64,000 nt of DNA from Flaccisagitta enflata (GCA_965153355.1 OZ231126.1:22258001-22322000), one strand, 5' to 3'; shown: positions 13,836-30,969, numbered from the stretch's first letter. Numbers and translations: made by a program. Notes: a model not told the origin generated them from the letters alone.

Positions 13836-14077
13836 GTTTGATCACGCCCCATTTGATCACGCCCCATCGCAAACGACGCCAAACATACACGCGCCATCAA
13901 ACGGCAGAATTGGAACGCGAATACGTCACAAATCGATATTTGACGCGAAGAAGAAGAATCGAAATTTCCCAAAGTCTGCATCTCAGCGAAAGACAAATCA
14001 AAATCTGGTTTCAAAACCGGAGAATGAAGGAAAAAAGGGAGAAAGACCACGTGACCTCGCCCAGGAAAAACAAATGA
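13836..14077 (+). CDS. MedPost: Terminal homeobox exon of a Hox gene, MedPost-type (median/posterior mosaic); upstream exon(s) not securely located
   Basis: C-rich pyrimidine tract and ATCAG acceptor ending at 13835, phase 1. Reads [79 protein letters not shown]. Homeodomain 13865-14044 has WFQNRR and Q50. Median residues Q6/T7/LTRRRR/E59 occur with posterior residues K3/A14/R18/Y20/V21/Q36. Hox identity is near certain; the MedPost label rests on remembered diagnostic residues. Confidence 0.9.
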
Positions 14078-14373
14078 ACAAAGGAACAGAAATGAACAGA
14101 TGCAAACACATACATGCAAACGGGATACGAATCAAACGGAACAAAGCTACAGACAAACAATAACGGGAAAAAGCGCCGAGTTGGAAACGAACAAAAATCA
14201 AACAAATACATGAAAATACATAAAAAAGACACACAGAGGCTAACTCGGGTGTTCTTTGTTTCAATCTGTGGCATTTGATGAGAAACAAAGTTGGCCAAGA
14301 AACAAGGAAAATACCAAGATAATAAAGAAAAAAAATCGCAAGTGAACTTTGGCCATCGCTACTCGCCGTCGCC

Positions 14374-14446
<73 letters not shown>

Positions 14447-15141
14447 TTCTTCCGCCGACAGCGCTGCCGGGACCGCTCTCAAACGGCAAATGGCAGAAAT
14501 ATATCGAGCAAAACAAAAACAAAAGTCACTTGCGGACGGATCGTGAGAGAGAGAGAAAGAGGAGACGAAAGAGAGAGAAAATCAGATTGAATACCAACTT
14601 ACTTGTATGATTTCTCCGCCGAGCTAACTGATGGACCATCCAGCCAACAGACCAATCAGTCAACCGCCTGACTGACCATCTGGATCTGCTCCGTCTCGTC
14701 TCTCCGTTCTTGGTGATTACAACGCCCCACAATCTCCTCGATGAACTCTCGTTCCTCAACCTCAACAAATCTCCCTCCGCCCCTGAAAATCCGCCTACCC
14801 CACCCATTATGTTTTTGCAATACCCCCAAGCTCTTTGCCACCCCCGCTGCTTTACTAATTGTGATTTGAAACCTAGATTTGACTCGTCATCTTGATTTTT
14901 CTGCCCCATTCATAGGCTCTCATTTCTTTATCTTGACTCCTCCCATCTACAACATGAAATCCCTTGATGCTGTAAAAAAACAAAAAAACAAAAACAAAAA
15001 AAACAAAAACAAAAACAGAATAAAACAAAAAATACTTCTTATTTGCCTTCTTCAACCATTCCTCCTTTCCTGAAACTCACAAAACTTATCCCTCCTCTTT
15101 CCCACTTGAAGTTTTCCTATTACATACCAGGTTTTCGTCTA

Positions 15142-15208
<67 letters not shown>

Positions 15209-18007
15209 CCCTTGAAACTAAGTCAGTATTTGAAGTATTTGTTAACGCTGTTTTTCTCCGCCCTTCTTGCTTCTTGCTTGACCCAAACCTTATGTACTTT
15301 AGAAATTTTCCTTCTTCCACAAAAAGTTGAGGGAAGGAAACAATGAAACTCCCCCCCCCCCCTATTTAAAGATCTAAACGCCGCGCCTATAATAAGAAAC
15401 GTTTCTTTAATTCTTATTGAAGAACAAGTTAGAGGCTAGCCGTCATTTTTCAACCATACGCGGGTCTTGTTAACAATCTGAGTTATTACACAAAAGTCCA
15501 TTGCGTCATCATGCATAGACATGTGAGACAAATCTATAAAATCAACTTGGTTTCTGAATGTCATAACTCTTTAGTCCATAGAATTGCTTCTCTTGATCGC
15601 CGTCATAAAGGTTTAAGTTCTCTTTTTTGATGATATCCTGAATACCGATAATTACAATAGATTTTTCAGTTATCATTTTTACTTGTTTTTTTTTCAAGAC
15701 ACTATGCGACAAAATATAGTGATGCCATCATAGATTATCATTTTGTAGAATTTTGTATTAGTAGGGTCTTTATTTATCAAAATTCAAACTATCGTTTTGC
15801 CTTCTCGTTCTTCTGCATGTTTCTATTTCTCTTAATTCTCCAAATATGAATATTGACTATGAGAATTCTGTGTGCAAAATTTATGAAACTTATCTTCTTA
15901 TTGTTATACAATATTCGTTCAACCAGACTTGCAGGAGGGACGAAAACACAGTTTGGGCAAATGTGATAATTCAGAAAATTTTATCAAGTAAAAAAGATTG
16001 CAAGAAATGATAACTAATGAATTGGCGAATAACTGTAGATATCATTACTGTGATTTATCATGATCTTAACGGAGGGGGGGGGGAGGGTATGAACCCTTTT
16101 GCTTGAATATCTTCTAGTCACTTCAGAAATCTTAAAAATACATTGTCTTCCCCTTTTGACTGGCCTTGCTCAAGTCTGGCTTAATGAAGAAAAAAAATTA
16201 GCTCACTTTTTAATACTTACATGAAAAAAGATCTATAACTATGTACAAATCTCCCTTTGCAAGAGGTGACGAGTATGCTTTTTCGAGGTATCTGAAACAA
16301 CAAAGAACATAAAAAAAGAGGTATACAAAAATATAAATAAATGAATTCATTGTCTAACGAACTTATTACCACCAGCAACGTGCCAGGTCTTCATCTCTTT
16401 TTAACTGTATATTTGTCAAATTGTATACTGAAAAGAAAATTACACAAGTAGTATATTGGGTCAAATCTCTCATTTCTTTCCAGGAAGTTTGAACATCAAG
16501 GGACGAGAGAAGGCAGCTAGATAGTGCATACAAGATCAGTAGGTCTGTGAGATACGCTGATCAGACATATAACATATCATAATTATTGTTAGAATATTGT
16601 GAGAAATCCGGATCAACCAACAGCTTCACCGCCAGATGTTTCAGTCGCGGACACGCAACTCTACACCTTGCTGTGGGCATGTGGCAGTTTATCTGTCCAT
16701 CCGTCCATTTGCCGGTTGACCAGTAAAATTTTTGAAATCTAGTCATTTTTAAAAGTGTTATAGGTTATTGTAAGGTATGAAAGTATACAATACTGTTGAG
16801 GTGTAGTTTTGTAGTTTTGTAGTACTGTAGAACTGCTCCTGCTCAACCGTCTGCGACTTTTACCCTGCTTTGGGCTTGTTGAATAAGTGGGATGTTGCCG
16901 GATGAAGTCGTTACCTCCTCAGTAAAGACCCATGGCACCATGGATGGTAGAATGGTCACCCAAGGGGCTTGAAAAGTGATTTTTTAAGATAGCCATGTTA
17001 CCATGTATTTGAATTCTCAACTATGAATGATCTCAGACAAGCAGGGGCCGATGTCTGATTAAGAAACCCACTCGGCAATTTAGTAGGTTTCCATGGACAA
17101 AAAATGCCCTAATATACCTTCTCATTGCGTTGCCGTGCGGGTGTCTCAATCAAACACGGACCTCTGCTTGTCTGATTTATTTTCCAAATGCCACTTGGTG
17201 TGTGTGGTTAATTGGCGGACGAATTAAAAATTTCGACTCAAACATGCCCTTCAGGTAACCAGCCTAATAGATGGTGTCTTAACTTGACAAAGACCGAATG
17301 AATTCGTTAACGTTTGAAGATACTCTGCCGCGCCTGAAAATTTAGCATATCAAATTTTCAGAGTATTGGTTTACAAAGTTAGTTATCATACGTTTTCACG
17401 CATTTGAACGAAACTTGAAAACGACAGCGAAATATGTGACTTACATGGTTAACAAGACCGGATACACGGCTACCCCAGTCGCGTGCGGGTGGGCAGGGGC
17501 GGCGAAAAAACGACAGGTCGACCGACCGACCGACAGACAGACAGAGAGACGGACAGAGCGGATTGTAGAGTCGCGTGCACGCGACTAAAAACTTGATAAT
17601 TCGGGCGCGCATGATGTATTGTCATGGACAGCCGAGGGACGGTAAAACGGTCTTAGTTAGTTGTAGACGACTTGACATGCTCTTTGGCTTTGCCCCAAGT
17701 AAGAAAAGCCTCAATGAGCATGCCCACGAATAATGAATATGTCAGAACAGAAGAATCGCAAGCATGAAATGTAACTTTGTTCTTTCGTAACAACATTCAT
17801 TTAAGCAGTGGGCAGATACTGCATATTACTTTATCTGTAAAAGGCATGCTGCTACTTCATAATGTCACATTTCCTCTAAGTGTCTAAAATACGTTTGCCC
17901 CTCGTAAATTCTGGTGCCCCCAGCACAAAGCAATCTTCGCCAACCTTGTTTTTCTTTGTGGTTGGCTGGAGGACTCCGTGAACCTGGCATGGATCCGCTC
18001 GCAGAAT

Positions 18008-18296
<289 letters not shown>

Positions 18297-18416
18297 CAAA
18301 TTTTACACGTGAACCAAAACAGACGCAAACGATGATACAAATCAACAACAAATTTTCAACTCTTTGAAGCATGAGATAAACGGTCGAACCTCCATGCTTT
18401 TCATTGTTTTAAAGAA

Positions 18417-18578
<162 letters not shown>

Positions 18579-18970
18579 AGAGACAGAAAAGGGGGAAAAA
18601 AGCGTGGACAAGGCCGAATACACGTCAGCCTTAGTCTCAGTCTTAGTGGGGAGGGACCATCCTGTATTTGGCAGAAAGTTTGATCATAATCCGCGCCAAA
18701 TCATAAATGTGACGGATGGACTAATGCAATGGGAGGACAAACGGGCCGACTAACCATAAAAAGGGTAATAGAATTGCATGGCAGGCATCGCTTTGGCGGT
18801 TAGAAAAAAAAAGGATTTATTGGAAGAGGAGTTGATGGATGTTAACTAGAAAATAAACCTTGAAAAAAAACCTTTCAAATTTTTTTTTCTTTTTCCGATG
18901 GGTAGAAAAGGCGAAGCCCCCCTCTTTTTTCAAGGAACCTGGGAACCATCATGAGTTAACTGTTAAAGTC

Positions 18971-19009
<39 letters not shown>

Positions 19010-19020
19010 CGAAAATAAGT

Positions 19021-21820
<2,800 letters not shown>

Positions 21821-22318
21821 TTTGAAGACAAGGGCAAACCAAACAAGGCCGGATACACGGCTACCTTAGTCGCGTGCGCGTGGGCAGGGGCAGTATTTGA
21901 GTTACTAAAGCACTTGGGCAAGTGCAGTGAGGCCAAAGACCGCAAAAACATAAAAAAAGTAAAATGGGGACCGACCGACCGACCAACCAACCGACCGACC
22001 GACCGACGGACAAAGCGGGGTGTAGTGTCGCGTAGCACGCGAATAAAATGGAAAACAAACATGAAGTTTGGCCTGGTTTGAAAAAGTTGAAACATGAGCC
22101 AATAATTTTGAACATTTCTCGGTTGTTTGCCGTGACCCGGGCGTGAAACTTTTTATCCCACATTTTTTTTGCCGCGTGCACACAAATCTATAGCCTGTTA
22201 GTGTTGAGTCTTTCTGGATGGTTGGTTGGTAGGTCTGTTTGTTGGTATTCTGTCGTCTATCACTGGCATTATCGGCGGTTTTTCTGTCACCGCCCCGGCC
22301 TTAATTCTTGATTGGACT

Positions 22319-23276
22319 CAGCGGCGTAGGAGGAGGGGCGTCAGGGGCGTCAGCTGACGCCCCTACAGTCGGACACGGATGGCAGTCAGTCACAGATGGC
22401 AGTCTGATACAATTGCTCATAAGAAAAAAAGGCTGAAAAAAAGAAAAAAATGGGACTGAAAAAAAGGTTTTACAGGAAAAGAAAGAAAGAAAGATAGAAA
22501 AAAGATAAAAAGAAAGATAGAAAGAAAAATAAAGACAGAAAGCAAAAAAGAAAGACAAGAAAAAAAAAAGAAAAGAAAAAAAGAAAGAGAGAAAGAAAGA
22601 AGGAGGAAATGGGAGAGGAAAGAAAGTATGGTCGTTTTGTCCCGTTGACCCTGAGAAATTGTGCCGGCACTAGTAGTCACAGATTTGAGTCATTGTAGTA
22701 ACAAAGCCAGTTTCAAATAGATGCTAAAAAAAAACAATAAAATGAGTGGAAATGAATGTTAATGAAATAGATTCCCCTCAAGGAAATATGGGCAGGGGAG
22801 GCACGCAGTCTAAGATCAGTAAACAGTCTGAATTATTAAAACATTAAAGAATTTCATTAGAAATTTTATAATTCAATATTTTTTCATTTATATATTTTTT
22901 TCATCTCTTAGAATTTTTTTACTTTTGATTTTTATTTCTGTAGATATTTCTTTTATTTGATGAATTTTTTTCATAGATGAAACTTTTTATCATCCTCAAG
23001 ATACTGTTTTTTTTTTGTTTTTTTTTTTACCCTAGTAAATTCTCTTTTTTTTCCAAAATTTTCGTTATCAAAACCATCAAGCGATATCTAAACTGTTTTC
23101 TTTCTCCGTATTGATACTTGCACCTCTCCCCTGTAACGATTATACTACATGTTATTCACCCACTTTTTTAACTGTTACATGAATGAAAGCAATTACATAG
23201 TAAGTCGGACACAGTATTGAGTCGGACACAGATTGGGGCCTGACGCCCCTGCCCATTTTCCTGCCCTACGCCCCTG
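22319..23276. mobile_element. Non-autonomous hAT-like DNA transposon
   Basis: TIRs CAGCGGCGTAGG / CCTACGCCCCTG; exact 8-bp TSD ATTGGACT at 22311-22318 and 23277-23284; subterminal GACGCCCCT and GTCGGACAC motifs. Confidence 0.88.
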
Positions 23277-23443
23277 ATTGGACTGAAACCGATATGGCTA
23301 CCCGTGAATCTGGCCTTACCACGTTCCTCACTTCCATTCTATCTGTCTCAGCTGTGATGGGAAGTTTTGGGTCTATTTGTTCAACAATGCAAAAGAAGAA
23401 GAGAGAAATGGAAGCAGAAGAAGAAAAAGAAGAAAAAGAAAAA

Positions 23444-23478
<35 letters not shown>

Positions 23479-26345
23479 AGAAGAAGAAGAAGAAGAAGAA
23501 GAAGAAGAAGAAGAAGAAGAAGAAGAAGAAGAAGAAGAAGAAGAAGAAGAAGAAGAAGAAGAAGAAGATGAAGAAGGAGAAGAAGAAGAAGAAGAAGAAG
23601 GAGAAGAAGAAGAAAATGAAGAAGAAAAAGAAGAAGAAAAAGAAGAACAAGAACAAAACAAGACCAAAAAGAAGAAGAATAAGACGAACACGTACAAGAA
23701 AAAGAACAAGAAATGGGAAAGGGAGAAATGACAGAAGAAAAGTTCCAATTGAAGTCAGCATCAATATCAAATTCTAGATCCACGATAATTGTTATGTTTG
23801 TAATTTGGAATACAGTCGGTTTGATTTAGAACTGAAATTTGAACTAAATCTCACAACATAGGAAAAGAAAAGGAAAAGTCTCGTGTATTCAAAAATCATC
23901 AACATGGTTTTGTATTCTATGTTTCCCTCCGTAATAGGACAGGGGTTCTGACCCAAATTTCTAGAACTGATAAAATAAAGAAGGGAAATTGCTCAAAATT
24001 CAGAAGCTACCATTTTCTAAGAGGAGGGGAGGCGTTCGCTATTTCCTGATGCCGTAGGTCACTTTTGAAGGTAGAACATTAATACTACATCAATTTTGAG
24101 CCAAATTGCGATTAACAAGAAAGATTGGGCGGTTTTTAGTCGCGGACAAGCGACTCTATAAGAGGCTTTGTCCGTCCGTCCGTCGGTCGGTTGGTCGGTT
24201 GGTCGGTCGGTCCGTGAACACTAGTCGAAAAGTGGGAAAAACATGCATTTCCGCCCCTGCCCACCCGTCCGCGACTGGTATTGGCCGTGTATCCGGCCTT
24301 GTTTTGTCAGATCCCCTGTCATACTCCGCAATAAGATTGATATGGGTGAACAAATTGCTTAAAAACTCTGGGCTGGCTGGAGATAACATATCTTCGTCAT
24401 ACGGATTGTAGTCCGGATTTTTCAGGAGGGCCATTTCGCGGAAGCACGAATAATTGAGTGAAATGGGCCTTGACTGGCATCACATCATCATCGGGGTTTG
24501 TTATTCTGTAGTAAGCTTTCCTAAAAGATCTTTAATACGTTCTCTGAGGCCCTCGAGGCTGCAATTTTTGGATTCCTCGTCGAAAATTAGTTGGAAGACG
24601 TTAAAACTGTGACTTTTTGGCGAAACCGAGATTGAAAATCTCACTCCTTATCATAAGTCCTACCCTCAAAAATTTTACCGCCATTTTTCTTATCGATGGT
24701 AACAGGATGGAAACTCTTTTTCACTTTGAAACATCCGCGTAATATTCAATGTCGCATTATCTGAGTGATAGCGTTGCATTTGATAGGCTTGCGACGCTAT
24801 GCAACAGCTAGGAGTGGGCTGAGCGTTTGGTATTATGTAAAGTTATATCATGTGAACATATATATTTATTTCCAGCGATTTTCTGGAAGTCGAAAGTGGC
24901 CTAATGAATGTTTCAATATTTTGCTTATTTTTGATAATGTTTTGTACATATAGGAAAAAAACAAAATTTTGCTCAATGAATCCTCAGATATTTCCATTCT
25001 CATTTTTAGCGACAAATTTTTGTAAATATCAAGATCAAAAACACAGCGCCAATTTGAAATTAGCTAACTATGTGAGGGAAAAAGCCCTTTTTAACTAAAA
25101 TACACTCTGAACTCAGTCTCATGATTATTCTGATTTTTTCATCACCATGCAACATTGCCGTATTTAAAGATAAGCTGTTTCTTGTGAGTCTGATGGTGTT
25201 TTTATTTTTTATTTCTCACTATGTTAACATATAAAAATGCATAATAAAAGATGAATGAATCCCAACGGCGGTAAACGTGTAATGTCGTGCGGGAGATTTC
25301 TTCCAGGAAAGTTTATCTGTAGATAGTATCTTTGGGGTCGTAACCTGAAATTTGAGCCGAAATATATCCTGGATTGGTCCGGTGTTCATGACGTGCCAAG
25401 TTTCGTTTTCTTCGTTGCCGAGACTTTCCGTCACAATGTGTGCGGAAAATGATGCGTACTTAAAGTCACATTGATATGACTTCCTCAGAAGTTGAGGCAG
25501 ACACGAAAAATTGACTCAGCAGAGTTAATTTTATCGAGATCGGACAGGCCATCACAATGACACAAAATTGACTGCACGTGAGGGGGGGGGGGGGCTTTAC
25601 CCTATCGCTGGTCCCCTCCCTTTGGTCAAGTCGGCAGCGTTCATAATAATAAACTTTTTGCTCTCGACAGAAAAGAGGAATCATGATGCCTGATGTTATT
25701 ATTTACTGCTTTATTTCTATTGATAGTTAACAACTCTAGAGACAGTCTTAAAATGAAAAAAAAAAAGATGATTTTGAGTATGACTGCTGATTGCATCACG
25801 TGCAGTCAAGGTCAGCACGTCCCTCTCCGTCGGCACAACATGAAAGGGATGAGATGGAGGGCAATTAGCGTAACACTCCTCTGCTCATCTTCCTCTTCTT
25901 CCTCCTTCTACCTCCTCTTTCTCCTCATTCCTCCTCTTCCTCTCTTCTTCCTCATTCTTCCCCTCTTTCGAGTCTTTGCTAACTCGGCAAAGCCAATAAA
26001 AATATCTGACTTACTTTCTCATCAACCATCATTTCATTCTCTCTGTCTGAATTTCTGTCCCTCTAACCGTCCGATTTTCTGTCTGTCTAAATGTCCGTCT
26101 GTCCGCATTCCTGTCCATCAAACTGTCTGTCCGTCCGCTTTCTGACCATTGATTTATCTGACCATTTTCAGGCTGACCCTCTGTCTGTTCGTCTACCTGA
26201 CTCTGTATGTCCGTCTCTCTTTCCTCTTCTTTCTAACAAATTCGGGTTCTCTGTTTCTGTAATGTGTATGAATATTTGTCCGTCAGTCCGTCAAACGACC
26301 ACTATTTTCTAATGTCTTCTATCCTTCAGTATGTCTGTTACACGT

Positions 26346-26453
<108 letters not shown>

Positions 26454-26491
26454 TTCTGTCTGTCTTACTATCTGTCTGTAGGCATGTCTTT

Positions 26492-26568
<77 letters not shown>

Positions 26569-27014
26569 ACTTCTTTCCAGCGTTTTGAAGTCATAAAAAT
26601 TATGCAAATCAGGCAATTTTTTTTCGTGTAAAGACCGTTTCTAAAGTGATTTAGTTTGTGTAAAGGGTGAGAGATGTTACATCGTTTGTTTATCCTCTAT
26701 TTTATCCCACTCTCTCCCTTACAGAATTTCTCTTTCTCTTCATTTGATGATGTTCAGCAGACTTCAGACACTGAGATGGTTCTTATTGTATGTGTACGAG
26801 ACCTTGACTTGGTTCTGAGAGAGTGGGAGGAGATGATGCGTAAACCGACCCACCGAGACCAATAGACTTGAGATAGATGGAAGACCGAGTTCAAATCTTC
26901 TTTTGTAATAGTCGAGAATGGACTTTCATCGAAGTGCCAGCTCAACCAAATGGATCAACATATCATTCAATAAGGCGGCCAGCTCAGTGAGCTCAATTTC
27001 ATTCTTTTTGTCAT

Positions 27015-27235
27015 TTTTTTAGTCGCGTGCTACGCGACTCTACACCCCGCTTTGTCGGTCCGTCCGTCCGTCGGTCCGTCCGTCCGTCGGTCCGTCCGTC
27101 CGTCCGTCACACTTTACTTTTTCGGCGTTGATGGGGTTTTTGGCCTTACTGCTTCTGCCCAAATGCTCCGTTGACCTCAATTATGGCCCCTGCCCACCCG
27201 CACGCGACTGGGGTAGCCGTGTATCCGGCCTTGTT
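27015..27235 (+). mobile_element. Intact exemplar of the short HINE/DINE-1-like family (roughly 30 copies or fragments in the window, counted by eye)
   Basis: T-run, 5' palindrome AGTCGCGTGCTACGCGACT, (GTCC/GTCG)n core, 3' inverted copy GCACGCGACT, hairpin GCCG-tgtatc-CGGC, end TTGTT, no TSD. This is the architecture known for Helentron-associated interspersed elements. Confidence 0.85.
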
Positions 27236-27243
27236 TTTTCGCT

Positions 27244-27307
<64 letters not shown>

Positions 27308-27642
27308 TTTCTTTCTTTATTTCTTTCTTTCTTTTTTTCTTTTTTTCTTTCTTTCTTTCTTTCTTTCTTCCTTTCTGTCTGTCTTTTTTTTTTCTTTCTT
27401 TCTCTCATCCTTCCTTTTCTATGTTTTTCCCATTCTATCTCCCATTTTTTTTCTTTCCCCCTTCTCGTCCGTCCATCTGTACCAAACTCGTATCGTTCAT
27501 TCGTTCTTTCGTTCATCCATTCAATTTTTCATTGATTCACAGTTATCCACTCAATAGAACTACAAAGCATGAAATCAACCAAACCATCATTAATTACCAA
27601 TTACTAATTTTTTTTCATTCATTTACCCATTTATTCATTTGT

Positions 27643-28148
27643 TCATTCATTCATTCATTCCTTCATTCATTCATTCATTCATTCATTCATTCATTCCTTC
27701 ATTCATTCATTCATTCATTCATACATTCATTCATTCATTCATTCATTCATTCATTCTTTCATTCATTCATTCATTCATTCATTCATTTATTCATTCATTC
27801 ACTCACTCACTCACTCACTCACTCACTCACTCACTCACTCACTCACTAACTCAAACTCACTTACTCACTCTTTCACTCACTCACTCACTCACTCACTCAC
27901 TCACTCACTCACTCACTCACACACTCACTCACTCACTCACTCACTCACTCACTCACTCACTCACTCACTCACTCACTCACTCACTCACTCACTCACTCAC
28001 TCACTCACTCATTCATTCATTTATTCATTCATTCACTTACTTACTCATTCATACATTCATTCATTCGTTGATCCGTTCATCCATTTATTGTTCATTCATT
28101 CACTCATTCAAGTATTCATTCACTCATTCATTCATTCGTTCATTCATT
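27643..28148. repeat. (TCAT)n/(TCAC)n compound microsatellite
   Basis: Direct reading. Confidence 0.95.
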
Positions 28149-29266
28149 GATTGTTTTTTCCTTGGTGAGGGGCGTGTTCCCGCCCTCTCTGTCAACTAGT
28201 TTAGTAAAGGCAGCTGCTCTTTTTATGTGTAAAGCCTGTATTTAATTACCGCGTAGTGACTTGTCTCGACAGAGAAAGGATGAGTTATATTCCAGAGAAA
28301 AAAGGAAAGAAAAAAAGGACAAAATGAGGGATTGAATCAAATCTTTTTCGTTTTCATCTGTTGTGGGCAGCGGCCCTGAACGGGAAAAAGTCTTGTAGAA
28401 CACAGGGAGAATCTAACCATCCATCCGCAGCAGGCTTTTAGATAGAAATTTGGTCTGAATCAAGCAGAACAAAATCATCTAACATGAGCAGAAGAATCAA
28501 GAATGAATTTTATGGTTAATTATCTTGACTGTTGTGTCATGCTGATATCTTTTTACAGGTCACCAGTTCTAGAGCTGGTTTTGCAATTGGAGTAGTTCAA
28601 CTAGTTCGCAATCTTTGGTGAAAAAGTCGTTAAACCTTTGTTTCTACACCATGAGTTTTTTTCCTGTGAGATGCCGTAAAGGGATACCATACAGCATACG
28701 CCATCATCAAACCCATTGGGCCTGAGCATCAGACAAGCAGAAAGTTTATATTTCTACTTATAGTCCAGTCTGTTGATGCAAGATATTGAGAAAACTCGGC
28801 TTTTCTGGCACACAGCTTGAAAATTTGCACATAAGTATTTGTAGTCAGGTTGATCATGATTTGAGCACCTATTTGAAAAATTCATTTAAAATTGAGAAGA
28901 TGGTGGCTGAGGAGGGACCTGGTAGTATTTCCCCGCAAGGTCAAGGGATTAGAGAAGAATTTGGATGAGTGGGGAGCTGGTGGAATTTCCCTGCGCGGTC
29001 CAAGGGGTGGGAAATGATTGTGGCTGAGCGGGGAGCTGGCGGTAGTTCCTTGTGGGGTTCAAGGATTGAAGAAGATTATGGCTGAGGGGGGAGCTAACGA
29101 AATCTCTCCGCGAGGTCCAAGGGGGGGGGGGGGCAAACTGGCCCTAATATACATTTATCAAGCTCTTAGGTATCTCACCTATATCACCCATAATCTTCCA
29201 ACATCACACTGGTCTTAATATCATGCTTAGGCCCATCTCACTCTATACACCACCTTCCACCAGGTT

Positions 29267-29598
29267 GTGTATTAGGGCCAGTGTGATGGTGGAAGGTGGT
29301 GGTTATGGGTGGATAGAGTTGAGATAGGCCTAAGAGCATGATAGGTGGTGTATTAGGGCCAGTGTGATGGTGGAAGGTGGTGGTTATGGGTGGATAGAGT
29401 TGAGATAGGCCTAAGAGCTTGATAGGTGGTGTATTAGGGCCAGTGTGATGGTGGAAGGTGGTGGTTATGGGTGGATAGAGTTGAGATAGGTCTAAGAGCT
29501 TGGTGGGTGGTGTATTAGGGCCAGTGTGATGGTGGAAGGTGGTGGTTATGGGTGGATAGAGTTGAGATAGGCCTAAGAGCTTGATAGGTGGTGTATTA
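29267..29598. repeat. 81-bp G/T-rich minisatellite, about 4 copies
   Basis: gtattagggccagtgtgatggtgg recurs at 29269, 29350, 29431 and 29512, with a partial copy at 29593. Confidence 0.95.
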
Positions 29599-29793
29599 AG
29601 GGGGGGGAAAGAAGATTGTGGCTTAGATGGGAGCCGGCGGAATTTCCCCACAGGGCCCAGAGGATGGAAGAAGATTATGGCTGATGGGGAAGCCGGCTAA
29701 ATTTCCCCACCGGGTTTGGGTGATGGGAGAAGATTGTGGCTGATGGGTGAGCTGGCGGAATTTCCTCAGCCTTCTTCCTCTTCTTCTTCTCCT

Positions 29794-29825
<32 letters not shown>

Positions 29826-29842
29826 TTCTTCTTCTCCTTTTT

Positions 29843-30969
29843 GGGCAGCGGCCCCAAAGGGCTGATGTCCTGCAGAACATAGGGGTGAATTTCCATACAT
29901 CCGTATATCCTTCCTTCCTTCCATATCTCCCCCCCTGAGGCCTTCTGAGGCCTGAAATGAGCCCTCATGGGCCTTAAATCTACTTTGCAAGGCCTGAAAT
30001 CAGCCCCTCCAGACCACATATCAGACCTCTCAAGCCTCAAATCAGCCCTCTCAAACCTCAAATCCGCCCTCACAGGCCCAAAATCAGCTCTCCTCTGGCT
30101 GAAATCACTCCGTAAAGAACTGAAATCAGTCCTAATAGGCCCAAACTCATCCCTTGCAGACCTGAGATTTTTTCTCTCAGACCTGGGGCCTAATGTAGAT
30201 CTCAGAAGCCTGAAATCAGATATCTGAAACATGATCAGCCATCTCAGACACCCTTAGTTCTTCCCCTGACATATGGAAATTCACCCCTGTGTTCTACAGG
30301 ACATCGGCCCTTTGGGGCTGCAGCCCTGCCCTCACCTCACATCTCTACCTTATCACCCCAAGCAGGGCAATGGGTACCGCTGACCATGTGTGCTCCTTGG
30401 ATAACTTGTTCTTCTTCTTCTTCTTCTTCTTTTTGGGCAGCGACCCCGAAGGGGCCGAAGTCCTGTAGGACATAGGGGGACTTTTGTTCAACCGTCTGTC
30501 CATCCGTTCATCATTCCGTCTGTCATTCTGTCCTTTCATCCCCCCCGGCTCTCTCAGGCCTAAAATCTGCCCTCTTAGTCCTGAAATCTACTCTCTCAGG
30601 CCTGAAATCTACCCTCTCAGGCCTTGAATCTGTCCTCTCAGGCCTGAAATCTGCCCTCTTAGACCTAAAATCTGTCCTCTCAGGCCTGAGATCTGACAAA
30701 GAAGATTCAAGGTCTAAGAGGGCAGATTTCAGGCCTGAGAGGGTAGATTTCAGGCCTGAGATGGCAGATTTCAGGCCTGAGAGGGCCTGGAGAGGTGGAG
30801 GGATGGAAAGACGGACAGACGGACCAACAAAAGTCCCTCTGTTCTACAGGACTTTATCCCCTGCTAGACCGCTGCCCTGCTTCCTGTCACTCCAATTCAC
30901 AATCATGCAAAGCAGGGCAACGGGTATCGCTGACCACATATTGGCTTTATTGCCCTTGGGCGACCTGTT
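29843..30969 (+). mobile_element. Two tandem pearl/HINE-like modular elements (29843-30410 and 30435-30969)
   Basis: Each has TTTT-GGGCAGCG.. start, ~21-bp internal array, inverted terminal block and structured 3' tail; both lie in (CTT)n/T-rich context. Confidence 0.85.

Noticed and set aside
13865-14044. Calling the homeobox Antp/Lox5/ftz or Post1
   Set aside because: AELEREYV and K3 are not median-class, and QTYTR and LTRRRRIEI are not Post1; only the mosaic class fits both sets.
24156-24634. Coding-looking minus-strand stretch (MALLKNPDYNPYDED..)
   Set aside because: It runs into a HINE, upstream frames are interrupted, and no family is recognised; possibly a decayed transposon fragment.
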